From the sequence record MK250019.1: a DNA stretch of 64,000 nt. The stretch is one strand, 5' to 3'. Below the pieces are notes generated by a model. That model ran no database searches and was not told the origin of the DNA. It worked only from the letters and a program-made list of their open reading frames with translations. Both the position numbers and the translations under genes were made by a program. Each line of letters begins with the position of its first letter. The first letter of the stretch is position 1. Of this stretch, positions 25,891 to 35,387 are shown in pieces.

Positions 25891-27377
25891 TTAAATAATT
25901 CACTTATAACATATATAACTTTAATATTATATATGACATATATATGATTTGTCTGAAGTGAATCTAGAAAACTACAGATTAAACTAATCTATAGAAAGTC
26001 TATATTTAATTTTAGACTTTTTGAAGAAGTAATATAGTTCAATCAAATCCTTGTATGTAGGTTGTAAATTAAATTCTTCCAACGACTCAAGATACAACTT
26101 ATTAAACATACTCAAATTCGGTCTTATTATATTCTTTTTAATTTCTTTTGTTTTACTTATATATTGATTATAAAACTCATAACCACGCCTACCTATTTCT
26201 ATTGATGCTAATATCATATCAGGTAAATTTAATGAACGATATAGAAAATTACCAATAAAACTTGAATATTCTGGTTTAACTTTTAATAACTTAATATTAT
26301 GAATATTACAACGTTTAGTTAAATTATTCACAAATGTTGTTCTACACCATGAATTATTAACCAATTTATTAAAATATACACCTAAATCTTTATCTGAAGT
26401 TTTGATATTTAAATTCTCTATAGAAATAAGTTGACATTTATAATATATAGATTTATTAATTATATTCTTTACAATTTGTAAAGTCTCATAATTTCTCTTA
26501 TCTGAAATATATTTTCTTTCATTTGAATCAGATGAATATCCTTTATTCTTTAAATTAAAATCTTTATCATTCAATTTTTTAATTGAATAAATACCTGATT
26601 TGATAACATCAAATTCATTTTCAGATTTCCAATCAACAATAGACCATCCTATATAATTAGGATTTAAATCCAAAGATAGTACTCTATTTTTTATAAATTT
26701 AGTTTCATAATTATAAACATCATTTTCTTCAAATATCACATAAATATATTCTAAATCTAATTTATATGCAATCTTTATTTCTTTTCTTTCTTGTTTCTAA
26801 TATAGTTTAGATAATATCTACTTTCTTTTATTTAATCCAATTAACCATAAATTTATTTTTGTATGTTTATTTGGTTTAAATATAATATTTTCTAAATCTT
26901 GTTCTATGTGAAATTTTCTATTTCCTTTAACTGATTTATTAACTATTTCACCTATTGAATATAAAGCCGATAATCTTTTCTACTTAAACTATTCTTTTGA
27001 AATATTGTTCTTTAATCTCTAAAAATAATTCTTCTTACTGCCAAATATAATTTTCTATTTCTTTGGTATATCATAGAAAGAACATTGAATAAACCAACTA
27101 TCTAACAAATATATATTGTTTAATGTTTTTATTTGTTGTTTTATATCTTTCTAAGATTTACCTTCCTATACTCTATTGTATACAAAATGCTGTACAGAAC
27201 TATACTATTTCATATAATTCCGTATAATATCTAATGATTGTTCATCCGTTCGATATTTAATCTTTAATACTTGCATTTTTAATTGTATATAATATTATAT
27301 TCTTTTATTATTTATCTGAATAATTTTAAAAAATAATAAATTCTTATAAAATATAAATTATAAGGTATTATTATATT
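25891..27377 (-). mobile_element. TnpB-only IS200/IS605- or IS607-like element B (about 1487 bp) inserted in the RNA ligase gene
   Basis: Removing it joins GTG TAT AA|T ATT AAG and restores the ligase frame. No tnpA is present. Confidence 0.75.
25927..27276 (-). CDS. tnpB: TnpB / Cas12f-like RuvC nuclease without zinc finger, TAG-recoded, 449 aa
   Basis: RuvC-I VLSLDLNPNYIG, RuvC-II ISIENL, VKPEYSSFIG, RuvC-III PDMILASIEIGRR. 11 in-frame TAGs; TAA at 25927-25929. Confidence 0.75.
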
Positions 27378-27579
27378 TTATACACGCCTCTGTATATTTC
27401 GTCTACTATTTTGATATTATTTTTTTCACAAAATGAAACTGTTTTATCCCATGATAAACAATTATTTTTATCATCGTATATAGAAAAACATTGAAACAAT
27501 TCATTCACATTTTTAAATGTATATGATATAGAATGTTTTGCCTGCATGTTTTCACCACATACTCGATAACCGTCAGGAA
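27378..27579 (-). pseudogene. RNA ligase fragment 2 (motifs III and IIIa)
   Basis: IPDGYRVYGENMQAKHSISY...FQCFSIYD...CLSWD...IYRGVY; not in the track. Confidence 0.8.
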
Positions 27580-28948
27580 TTAAATAACAGTATGTTAAAA
27601 CTTGAACAAATTTGAACTTTGCTCTTTATTAACTTCTTGCTTCACTCTATCACTACTTTTTAGGTTCATTTCTGAACGGTCATCCATAGTTGGATAGTCC
27701 ACAAGCTTAAATTCGGGTGTACTGCACCCTATTATTCTTAAACCTTCATCAAGTATATTTAGTGCTGCATTGTAATCTCTATTAATAAGTTTACCACAAT
27801 TAGGACAGGTCCATTCTCTATCACTCAATTTTAATTTCTTAAAAATATAACCACAACAGTTACATGTTTTACTTGATGGATAAAATCTATCTACAAATAC
27901 TATCTTTCTGTTATACCATCTTGCTTTATACTCTAATATTCTTCGGAATTCACCAAAATTCATTTCTAAAATACTTTCAGCAAGTTTATGGTTCTTAACC
28001 ATACCTTTCACATTTAAGTCTTCCATACATATAACTTGGTTTTCGTCAATGAGTGAATTACTTACATAGTGAAGATAGTATTGTTTTCTATCATTTATTG
28101 TTTTATATACTTTAGCAAGTTTAATTCTTGCTTTATTTCTGTTGTTACTTCCTTTTTGTTTTCTTGAAAGTTGTTTTTGAAGTTTATTTAACTTAATTAT
28201 CTCATTCTTTTTAAAATGTAAGTTATTGAATACTTCTCCTTCTGATGTGATGATAAAATCTTTTACACCAAGGTCAATACCTACACAATTATCACTATCT
28301 TGTAATCCTTTATGTATTAAATCACCATCAACCAATATTGACAAATAATATTCACCGCAAGGTAGTTTAGATAATGTTGTTTGTCTAATATTATCATGAT
28401 GTTTTTGTAAATATTGTACATATTTTTTATTACATCTGAACTTAATATTCTTTATATTAGCAAGAGATAACTAATATGTTGTATAATCATTCTTTCTTGA
28501 GATGGTACCGATTTCAAATCTACAGCTTTGTTTGTTATCATGTTTTGATTTGAATTTTGGATACCCTGTATGTTGTTTAAAGAAACGTTTATATGCATCT
28601 AACATATCCATTATAGATTGTTTAAGAACTTTTGTATTCTGTTCTCTGAGCCATATAAAATTATCATCTTTCAATAGTTCATGATGAAACCAATAACTGA
28701 GTGTAGATCTGTTTTCAGAAATATTATGTTCTTTATATTGATTTATTTTTCGAGCAAGTGTTTGATTATATACAAAACGACAACAACCAAGCAACTTATT
28801 AATTTGTGTTGCTTGTTCCATATTTGGGTATAATCTTATTTTTATTGCTCTTAACATAATTTATTTTTTTGTTTATTTCTTTTTTCTCTTATTTATTTAA
28901 ATAATTTTTATAAAAATGTACAATATTGTTCAAATTATTTATTTACTA
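27580..28948 (-). mobile_element. TnpB-only IS200/IS605-like element A (1369 bp) inserted in the RNA ligase gene
   Basis: Removing it restores W-C-Y-L-I-P-D-G. No tnpA is present. Confidence 0.8.
27595..28857 (-). CDS. tnpB: IS605-type TnpB RNA-guided nuclease, 420 aa, one in-frame TAG
   Basis: MLRAIKIRLYPN HTH, VGIDLGVK, ICMEDLNVKGM, PSSKTCNCCG..WTCPNCG, NRDYNAALNI. The two track ORFs join at TAG 28471-28473. Confidence 0.9.
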
Positions 28949-29201
28949 TTAAATAACACCAATTTTGAATTATATATTTAACTTTTGATTGCCATGGATA
29001 TGAACTTCCATCTATAGATCTTGCATGAATATATCCGTCATTATATACAGTGCAATTTTCACCATCCATTTTAACAGTAACTACAACTTCTTTAAACTTA
29101 TTAAAATGCTCATCAGATTTAAGTTTATTATCATCATCTGTTGCATTAGGTGAGCATGGAAGATGAAATGTACGCGGATATTTTATATAAGTATTATCCA
29201 T
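28949..29201 (-). pseudogene. RNA ligase fragment 1 (N-terminal; motif I KMDG)
   Basis: KYPRTFHLPCSP...TVKMDGENCT...HARSIDG. Fragments 1+2+3 total 663 nt, which gives 220 aa in frame. Confidence 0.85.
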
Positions 29202-29203
29202 AA

Positions 29204-29407
29204 TTAATTAAATATAACGTCACACATATCAACATTTACAATTGAATCATCGTCTTCAAAAATAAATGCATCTTTATGTTTAGGATCATTTTCATTTTTA
29301 ATTGTACCTATAGCTTTATTTACCTTCTTACAAGATTTAAATGGTTTTCCTGATTTCTTTTTTACTTTAAAAGGAAATTCTAAAAGTACACTACTGTTTG
29401 TTGCCAT
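29204..29407 (-). CDS. Small hypothetical phage protein
   Basis: 67 aa, VKKKSGKPFKS...AFIFEDDDSIV; abuts the ligase start. Confidence 0.7.
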   Translation of the reverse strand: MATNSSVLLEFPFKVKKKSGKPFKSCKKVNKAIGTIKNENDPKHKDAFIFEDDDSIVNVDMCDVIFN

Positions 29408-29482
29408 ATTTTATAAAAATTAAAAATGTATCTTCATATTAATCATAATACAACGATACATAAAAAATATTTTATATGAAAA

Positions 29483-30457
29483 TTATTGATGTAAAATAAT
29501 TTGCAATTTGAATACAAGTCCCAATAATGTCACAAACTTATCAATAGATGTTGCAAGCATAGAATTATATTCTGCTGTTGCAATAAGAATAAGTGGAAGT
29601 TTATTTCCAAATTGTGGACATGTTGTTAAAATAAAATCAGGAAAATCTTTACCGATTGCAAGAACTGCATCATCTGCACGTGTAGACCAATCAGCAACAA
29701 GTTTCTTATAATTATTTACAGGATCTGGTTTATCTATAATAAGTTTAAAAAGATCTGAACAATCATATGTATTTGATAACATATCAGCTGATAATTCTTT
29801 TGCCCCTCTTGTATAAAGATTCTGAATCTTATTTAAAAGTGAACGCATATCAGGAAATGAACTTCTAACAAATGATGTTACTGTTTCATCTGTATATTGA
29901 ATATTAAATTTTGTTAATATATATTTAATACGCTCAAGATAACCATTAAACAAATAAGTTTCTTCTTCTTTAGTAACAGGATCTATTGCAATAACATTAA
30001 ATCTAGATTGAATAGGTGCTGGAATTTTATCAATATAATTACAATTTGCAATAAATCTAACGGTTTTATGATATTTCTCTATAGTTGCACGAAGTGCTTT
30101 CCATGCTTCCATCGTTAATCCATCACACTCTTCAAGAACAATAACCTTTAATTTCTCCTCACCATCAAATAGAGATGATTGAGATGCAAATGCAATAACC
30201 TTATCTCTAATCGTATCAATACCATTTTCAAGAGATGCATTAATTTCAAGAACTTGATAACCTTTTGTTAATATACGTGTTAATGTTGTCTTTCCCGCAC
30301 CTTGAGAACCTTGTAAAAGAATAGATTGTGTCAACCCATGTTGAAGAACTTCTCTAATTCGTGGTACAATGATTGCCTGATCTAATGTTTGTGGTCGTAA
30401 CATTTCAGTAAACAACTTCTGTGTTACATGAGTCTGCGTTGTATTATTATTTTCCAT
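29483..30457 (-). CDS. Sliding-clamp loader AAA+ subunit (RFC small / T4 gp44-like)
   Basis: LRPQTLD, GSQGAGKTT Walker A, VLEECDG Walker B, ANCNYIDKIPAPIQSRF. Confidence 0.9.
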   Translation of the reverse strand: MENNNTTQTHVTQKLFTEMLRPQTLDQAIIVPRIREVLQHGLTQSILLQGSQGAGKTTLTRILTKGYQVLEINASLENGIDTIRDKVIAFASQSSLFDGEEKLKVIVLEECDGLTMEAWKALRATIEKYHKTVRFIANCNYIDKIPAPIQSRFNVIAIDPVTKEEETYLFNGYLERIKYILTKFNIQYTDETVTSFVRSSFPDMRSLLNKIQNLYTRGAKELSADMLSNTYDCSDLFKLIIDKPDPVNNYKKLVADWSTRADDAVLAIGKDFPDFILTTCPQFGNKLPLILIATAEYNSMLATSIDKFVTLLGLVFKLQIILHQ

Positions 30458-30532
30458 ATATTATAGTAATTAAAATATATCAATTATTATTTAAATCTTA
30501 TACTATAAAAATATAAAAATGTCTTTAATAAT

Positions 30533-31366
30533 TTACTTACCTTTTGCTACCATATTGTTCGCACCGTAAGTAGAAAACGAAACAGTACCAACAGATATAA
30601 AAGAAGGATTACCTGATCTATTTGGTGTATAAACAGAAAAAACAGTCCCGCTTGGTATTTCATTATACTCTGTTGCAATATCATTTGTTCCTATTACTAG
30701 TCTTGGTATAGTTGCAATCCATTTTTTTGGATACACATTTATTAAATTATATCCACTAATATAAGTAATATTCGCGTCTTTTAATAATTTAGTTCTAAAT
30801 AATACTGATGATATATTGGTCTTATTAGTATTTTTGTAATTAATACAAAAAACACAACCATTTTCTATTAATCCACCAAATCCAAACTAATTTTTAATAA
30901 TAAGTTGTTCATTATAACTTATATTTTGATTAACTAATGCAAATGTAGAACTAGAAATATCATCGATTTTAATTGTAGGATTACTAAATATGTATTCATT
31001 TAATACTTTAATAGTCTATTTAACAGTAATTAAAGTAATTCCATTATAACTAAACTATATAGTTCTTGATGTTGCTGTTGAAGGTATATTTAAAAATATT
31101 TCTCTTGCTGTATTTGCATCTGCTGTTGATGGAGCTGCAGTTGAATCTTGGACCTATGCTGTACAACCGGAAACGTTAGATGTTAAATAAAATGCTGACG
31201 TACCTTTAGTACTTAAGTTTCCCGCCCAATTGCCTGCTCCATCTTTTAATCCAAAATATACAGGTTTAGATTCATTTCCACCTAACCAAGTATATACTAA
31301 TCGTCCTGATATAGCTTCTCCATTATTTGTTAGTGTATTTTTCGTTATTTTATTAAATGTACTCAT
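30533..31366 (-). CDS. TAG-recoded 277-aa putative virion protein (BACON/Ig-like segment)
   Basis: Track ORFs 31154 and 30533 are in one frame, joined by TAGs; TAA at 30533-30535. Confidence 0.7.
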
Positions 31367-31521
31367 AATTTCAAAAATATTTTAGTATGTATGGATCATT
31401 TTGAAATCTAATGTTTTAATATACATACCTATATAAAAATAGAGAATTATATAATATTACTACTATATAATTCTCTTAAATTAAAATATATATTTATGAA
31501 ATTATGGAATTTTGTAAAAAA

Positions 31522-32343
31522 TTACTTCTCACCAAGAGCTTTCTTTACCTCTGGATCTTCATCTGCTGCTGAAGCGGTAATAGCTTCATGGAATTCAATA
31601 AATTCTTCAATATCAGAAATCTTCAAATTCATCTTCAAACCAGCATATGCAAGATTTACACGTTCCTTCAAAATAGTCAACTTCTTATCAATATTAGAAA
31701 GTTGCTTTACTTCAAGATTAATCTTCTCAAGAATACCGCTATAAGTTACAGGAATATCTTCCTCAAATGCCTTTCCTGTTTCCTCATTATAATTCTCAAA
31801 CTTCGCCATCTTTCTTGCGGTTTCAATTCCTGTACCCTTAGGATCACCCATACTCTGATACAAGAAAATCAATGTAGAATAATCGATTTCAAAATCTTTA
31901 TCTTTATCAGCTTCAAGTTCTGTAATAATCTTATTAATTACCTTATCAAACTGAATCAAACCACGCCATGATCCTTTTTCCCATGTATTAAACTCTGCAT
32001 TCCAATTCTTAAGGAATGTTGCAGTTGTTAATGCAAGTCCATCATCATGTGTTGCAATCAAATACTTCTTATTTTTATTCTCTTCAAGGCATGTTTCAAA
32101 ATCTTTCTTTGCTGCTGCAATATCATCATCAGTTGCATTTACTGGATCAATTTCTGCCCATTTAGAAAATTTCTTATTAAATTCTGCACGAACAGTTGCA
32201 CGTGCATATTCTTTCTGTTCTTCTGACATCTCAGGAATACCAGCCTTTGTAAGTTCATCTTCCTGCTTTACTGGAAGTTTCTTTGTATCTTTAACTTCAT
32301 CAAGCTTTGCTCCCTATTCAACTGTAATCTTTTTCTTTGCCAT
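31522..32343 (-). CDS. Acidic helical hypothetical protein, 273 aa, one TAG near the N-terminus
   Basis: ATG at 32343 (MAKKKITVEQG..., TAG at codon 10) extends the track ORF that begins at 32229. Confidence 0.7.
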
Positions 32344-32435
32344 TTTTGACTTAATTTACGTAAATTTTATTATTATTAAATATTATATGATATAATATTA
32401 AAATAGTCTAAAAATAAAAGGTAAAGAAATAAAAA

Positions 32436-32645
32436 TTATCTCTTTACCTTTATAAACTTACCTATTTTATTTTTACTACAGTCTGAACAACTTATAATCA
32501 TATCCTGATTCTTATCAAACTGCTTATCAAAATTTTTTATCTATTTTGCAAAACTATACATAGTTCCATAATATTCTATATTCTATGAGCCATGTCCCTA
32601 TGTCCACATCCCTTTTAAAAAATAAATGTTTCTGTATTTCTTCAT
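32436..32645 (-). CDS. Small TAG-recoded hypothetical protein, 69 aa
   Basis: MKKYRNIYFLKGMWTQG...; 3 TAGs; fills the gap before a hairpin at about 32417-32451. Confidence 0.45.
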
Positions 32646-32649
32646 ATTT

Positions 32650-33144
32650 TTAGAGTAACAAAATTGCCAATAATGTTGCACCACTTCCGACTAATGTAGT
32701 TACAATACTATTAACAATATAAATTTTCTTTTTTGATTTCAATACAGGTTGATAATTCCATACAGCCAAATATCTACAACTAAAAGGTTTCCCACTTGAT
32801 GGGTCTTCAACATGGTAAAATTCTGGTATTGTAACATTTTCACCAAGTTTTAAATCTTCACGAAGATATTTAGAGACAAAATATGACATTTCATTTAATT
32901 TATCCATAATTTGCCATTGCTGTCCTTTTAACTGATATTCTTCGGGTATATCAATTACTTGTACAACCTCATAAAAATTATTTGTTGCTCGTAAATTACT
33001 CTGATTAAAAAAACTATTTCTATCATTTGATTCACTTTGAATTATTTTATGAAATGCTTTTTTAATCAATTTATCAGTAGAAGATTGATGGTAATCATCT
33101 AAAAATGAATTCCACCAATCTTTTATATTTTCAAATAGTTTCAT
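32650..33144 (-). CDS. Hypothetical protein with C-terminal membrane anchor
   Basis: 164 aa, hydrophobic C-terminus. Confidence 0.7.
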   Translation of the reverse strand: MKLFENIKDWWNSFLDDYHQSSTDKLIKKAFHKIIQSESNDRNSFFNQSNLRATNNFYEVVQVIDIPEEYQLKGQQWQIMDKLNEMSYFVSKYLREDLKLGENVTIPEFYHVEDPSSGKPFSCRYLAVWNYQPVLKSKKKIYIVNSIVTTLVGSGATLLAILLL

Positions 33145-33154
33145 AATGTCTATC

Positions 33155-34105
33155 TTACATCATTTTTGCAGCCTCATCACCAGAAGCTTCAAGATACATC
33201 TCATAAAGACCCTTATGTTTTGTCTTCATAATAGTCTCAAGAGTTTCCTTACCCTTATACAGATAATTCTTAACAGTTGATTCATTCATATTAAGCTGAT
33301 CTGCAATTTCTCTGATCTTCATATCATCAACCAACTTCATTCTAAGAACCTTTGCATAGTTTCCGCCAAGTTTTTCAATTTCATTGATAGATGTATCATA
33401 CATCTTTACAACAAGATCATCAGCTGAATTCGCAACCAAATCACCTTTCTCTACTGTATACTGTGTTGAATTTGTAGACATTGCTGAACTTGAATTCAAC
33501 ATAGCTGAATCAAACATATCAGAAATATCATTACCAACGATATTTTCCTTATTACGCTTGTTAATTTCGCCAAGACACAAGTTTCGACAAATAGTATAAA
33601 GCCATGTGCTGAACTTTGCCTTCTCAATATCATACTTATCACGAAATTCCCATGCACGTGTAAAAGTCTGAATAGCCATATCATCTGCCATATCCCAATC
33701 ATGCATAAACTTAAATGCATGACCCTTTACACCAAAATAGAAACGCTCCCAAAGTTTATTGAAATTATCATGTGTAGGATTATCAACAAACTTCTTTACA
33801 AGAATAATATCATCCTCAAGTTTCTTCTTACTCTTAGAAGACATTTTCTTCAACTTTTCAATTTGCTTCTTGTCCTTCTTGTCCAATGCAATAATAGAAC
33901 TATTAATTGCATCATCATCAAGATTGAACATTTCATCAATTTCATCTTCTGTAATTCCTGCTGTCTTAAGAACATCAAGATTTACATCAACATCCATAGA
34001 ATTATTGATAGTATAATTCTTTCCAGTATTTGTAACTGAATCAATAGCGTAATTGTCGTTGTTCATATATTCGTCATTAAACTGATTTTGCATTGCGATT
34101 ACCAT
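33155..34105 (-). CDS. Phage-encoded sigma-70 (ECF-like) RNA polymerase sigma factor
   Basis: Region 2 KAKFSTWLYTICRNL; region 4 KIREIADQLNMNESTVKNYLYKGK; acidic N-terminal extension. Confidence 0.85.
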   Translation of the reverse strand: MVIAMQNQFNDEYMNNDNYAIDSVTNTGKNYTINNSMDVDVNLDVLKTAGITEDEIDEMFNLDDDAINSSIIALDKKDKKQIEKLKKMSSKSKKKLEDDIILVKKFVDNPTHDNFNKLWERFYFGVKGHAFKFMHDWDMADDMAIQTFTRAWEFRDKYDIEKAKFSTWLYTICRNLCLGEINKRNKENIVGNDISDMFDSAMLNSSSAMSTNSTQYTVEKGDLVANSADDLVVKMYDTSINEIEKLGGNYAKVLRMKLVDDMKIREIADQLNMNESTVKNYLYKGKETLETIMKTKHKGLYEMYLEASGDEAAKMM

Positions 34106-34145
34106 ATTCTAAATTATTTTTTATATTATTAATTAATGAATTTGT

Positions 34146-35219
34146 CTACTTTTTACCAAATATGTAATTCTCTATAAAAGGATTTACTATATTCAGTTGA
34201 TAGTCTAATGAACACCATAGTGGTGTTTTTACTCTTTTATTTCTGAACACAAGAAATAAGAATTTCAATATCGTTGGATATTCTATATCTTCCATTCTTG
34301 ATGGAAACATATAATAATATTTCGATATTAGTTTAATATTTATTTCTTGATTTCTCAAAATCTCAATATTTTTCAAAATATTTTCGATGTCCGAAAAGTC
34401 TTTATTTATGATCTCTAATGCCAGATATAACTGACATATTTTCTTAACAGGATTGTAATCTTCATTATAATTTAAATCATTATTATTAATGAACAAGTCA
34501 TAAATATTCTCAAGATTTATAGCTTGTTTCATATTCTTTTCTTCATCTAAATGTTCCATAATTTTTTCATGAAACATAGGTGATTGAACCTTTACAATTC
34601 TGTTTATATTCTCAATATCTGTATGTTCATTAAATGTAAGAACGAATCCCTCCACATTTTTTGAATCTATCTTATCATCCAACAAACTTAAAATTTGATA
34701 CCATATCTTCTCTGTATCGCATTTATTTTCCATCAGTGATAAAATATATGCTTCATCAAAATAATCGTCATACAGGAGATTTATGCAACTAATATCGAGA
34801 AGTTCACTAATCTCTTTCAAACGACATTCAGGAAGAACACATCCAAACATATCATAACCCGATAGAAGAACAATATCATTCTTATATTCACCATTATATT
34901 TAATAATGTGATTATCTTTGTTTCTATCAAATATTTCGAAATTCAATATTTCTATATCAGATGGAATCTTATCTTCATTCTTATGAATAATGTTATATGC
35001 ATTATTATACATATTATTCATAATGAGATCAAACTCATCAATGATATTTTTTGATGGTATATATGGAGCATTTGGACGCTTACCATACATCACCTTATTT
35101 TGATGCTTATAATATTGAAATGCAGAACCGTCAACTTTTTCAGTTATTTGACAATTACAACTCAATATTTCTTTAACAGGTAATCTCTTACTCTGTAAAA
35201 ACTGATATAAATGTTGCAT
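34146..35219 (-). CDS. ATP-dependent RNA/DNA ligase-fold nucleotidyltransferase (Rnl2-like)
   Basis: ITEKVDGS (I), NFEIF (III), VEGFVL (IV), IVKVQS (V). Confidence 0.7.
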   Translation of the reverse strand: MQHLYQFLQSKRLPVKEILSCNCQITEKVDGSAFQYYKHQNKVMYGKRPNAPYIPSKNIIDEFDLIMNNMYNNAYNIIHKNEDKIPSDIEILNFEIFDRNKDNHIIKYNGEYKNDIVLLSGYDMFGCVLPECRLKEISELLDISCINLLYDDYFDEAYILSLMENKCDTEKIWYQILSLLDDKIDSKNVEGFVLTFNEHTDIENINRIVKVQSPMFHEKIMEHLDEEKNMKQAINLENIYDLFINNNDLNYNEDYNPVKKICQLYLALEIINKDFSDIENILKNIEILRNQEINIKLISKYYYMFPSRMEDIEYPTILKFLFLVFRNKRVKTPLWCSLDYQLNIVNPFIENYIFGKK

Positions 35220-35257
35220 ACAATATATTATTCTACTTTACTTGTTTATTAACAATG

Positions 35258-35265
35258 CAAAGATA
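35258..35265 (-). promoter_or_regulatory. Bacteroidota housekeeping promoter -7 box TAnnTTTG
   Basis: TATCTTTG about 40 nt upstream of ATG 35219. Confidence 0.65.
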
Positions 35266-35387
35266 CATCTTTTAAGTCAAATAAAAAAACATATAATTTA
35301 AAAAGTCTATATTACTAACATCTTTTAACAAATATAGGAGATTGAAAATATTAAATCTCCAATCTCCTATATAATAATCATTATAAA

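Larger units (their letters stand above)
27579..28958. repeat. 11-bp direct repeat TGTTATTTAAT (minus strand) flanking element A
   Basis: Forward attaaataaca at 27579-27589 and 28948-28958. Confidence 0.85.

Noticed and set aside
25891-28948. IStron (group I intron plus TnpB) interpretation
   Set aside because: Only about 90-100 nt precede each tnpB and fewer than 40 nt follow. I see no room or motifs for a group I catalytic core.
25683-29201. CRISPR-Cas12f locus
   Set aside because: There is no repeat-spacer array or cas1/cas2 near either nuclease, and none elsewhere in the window.
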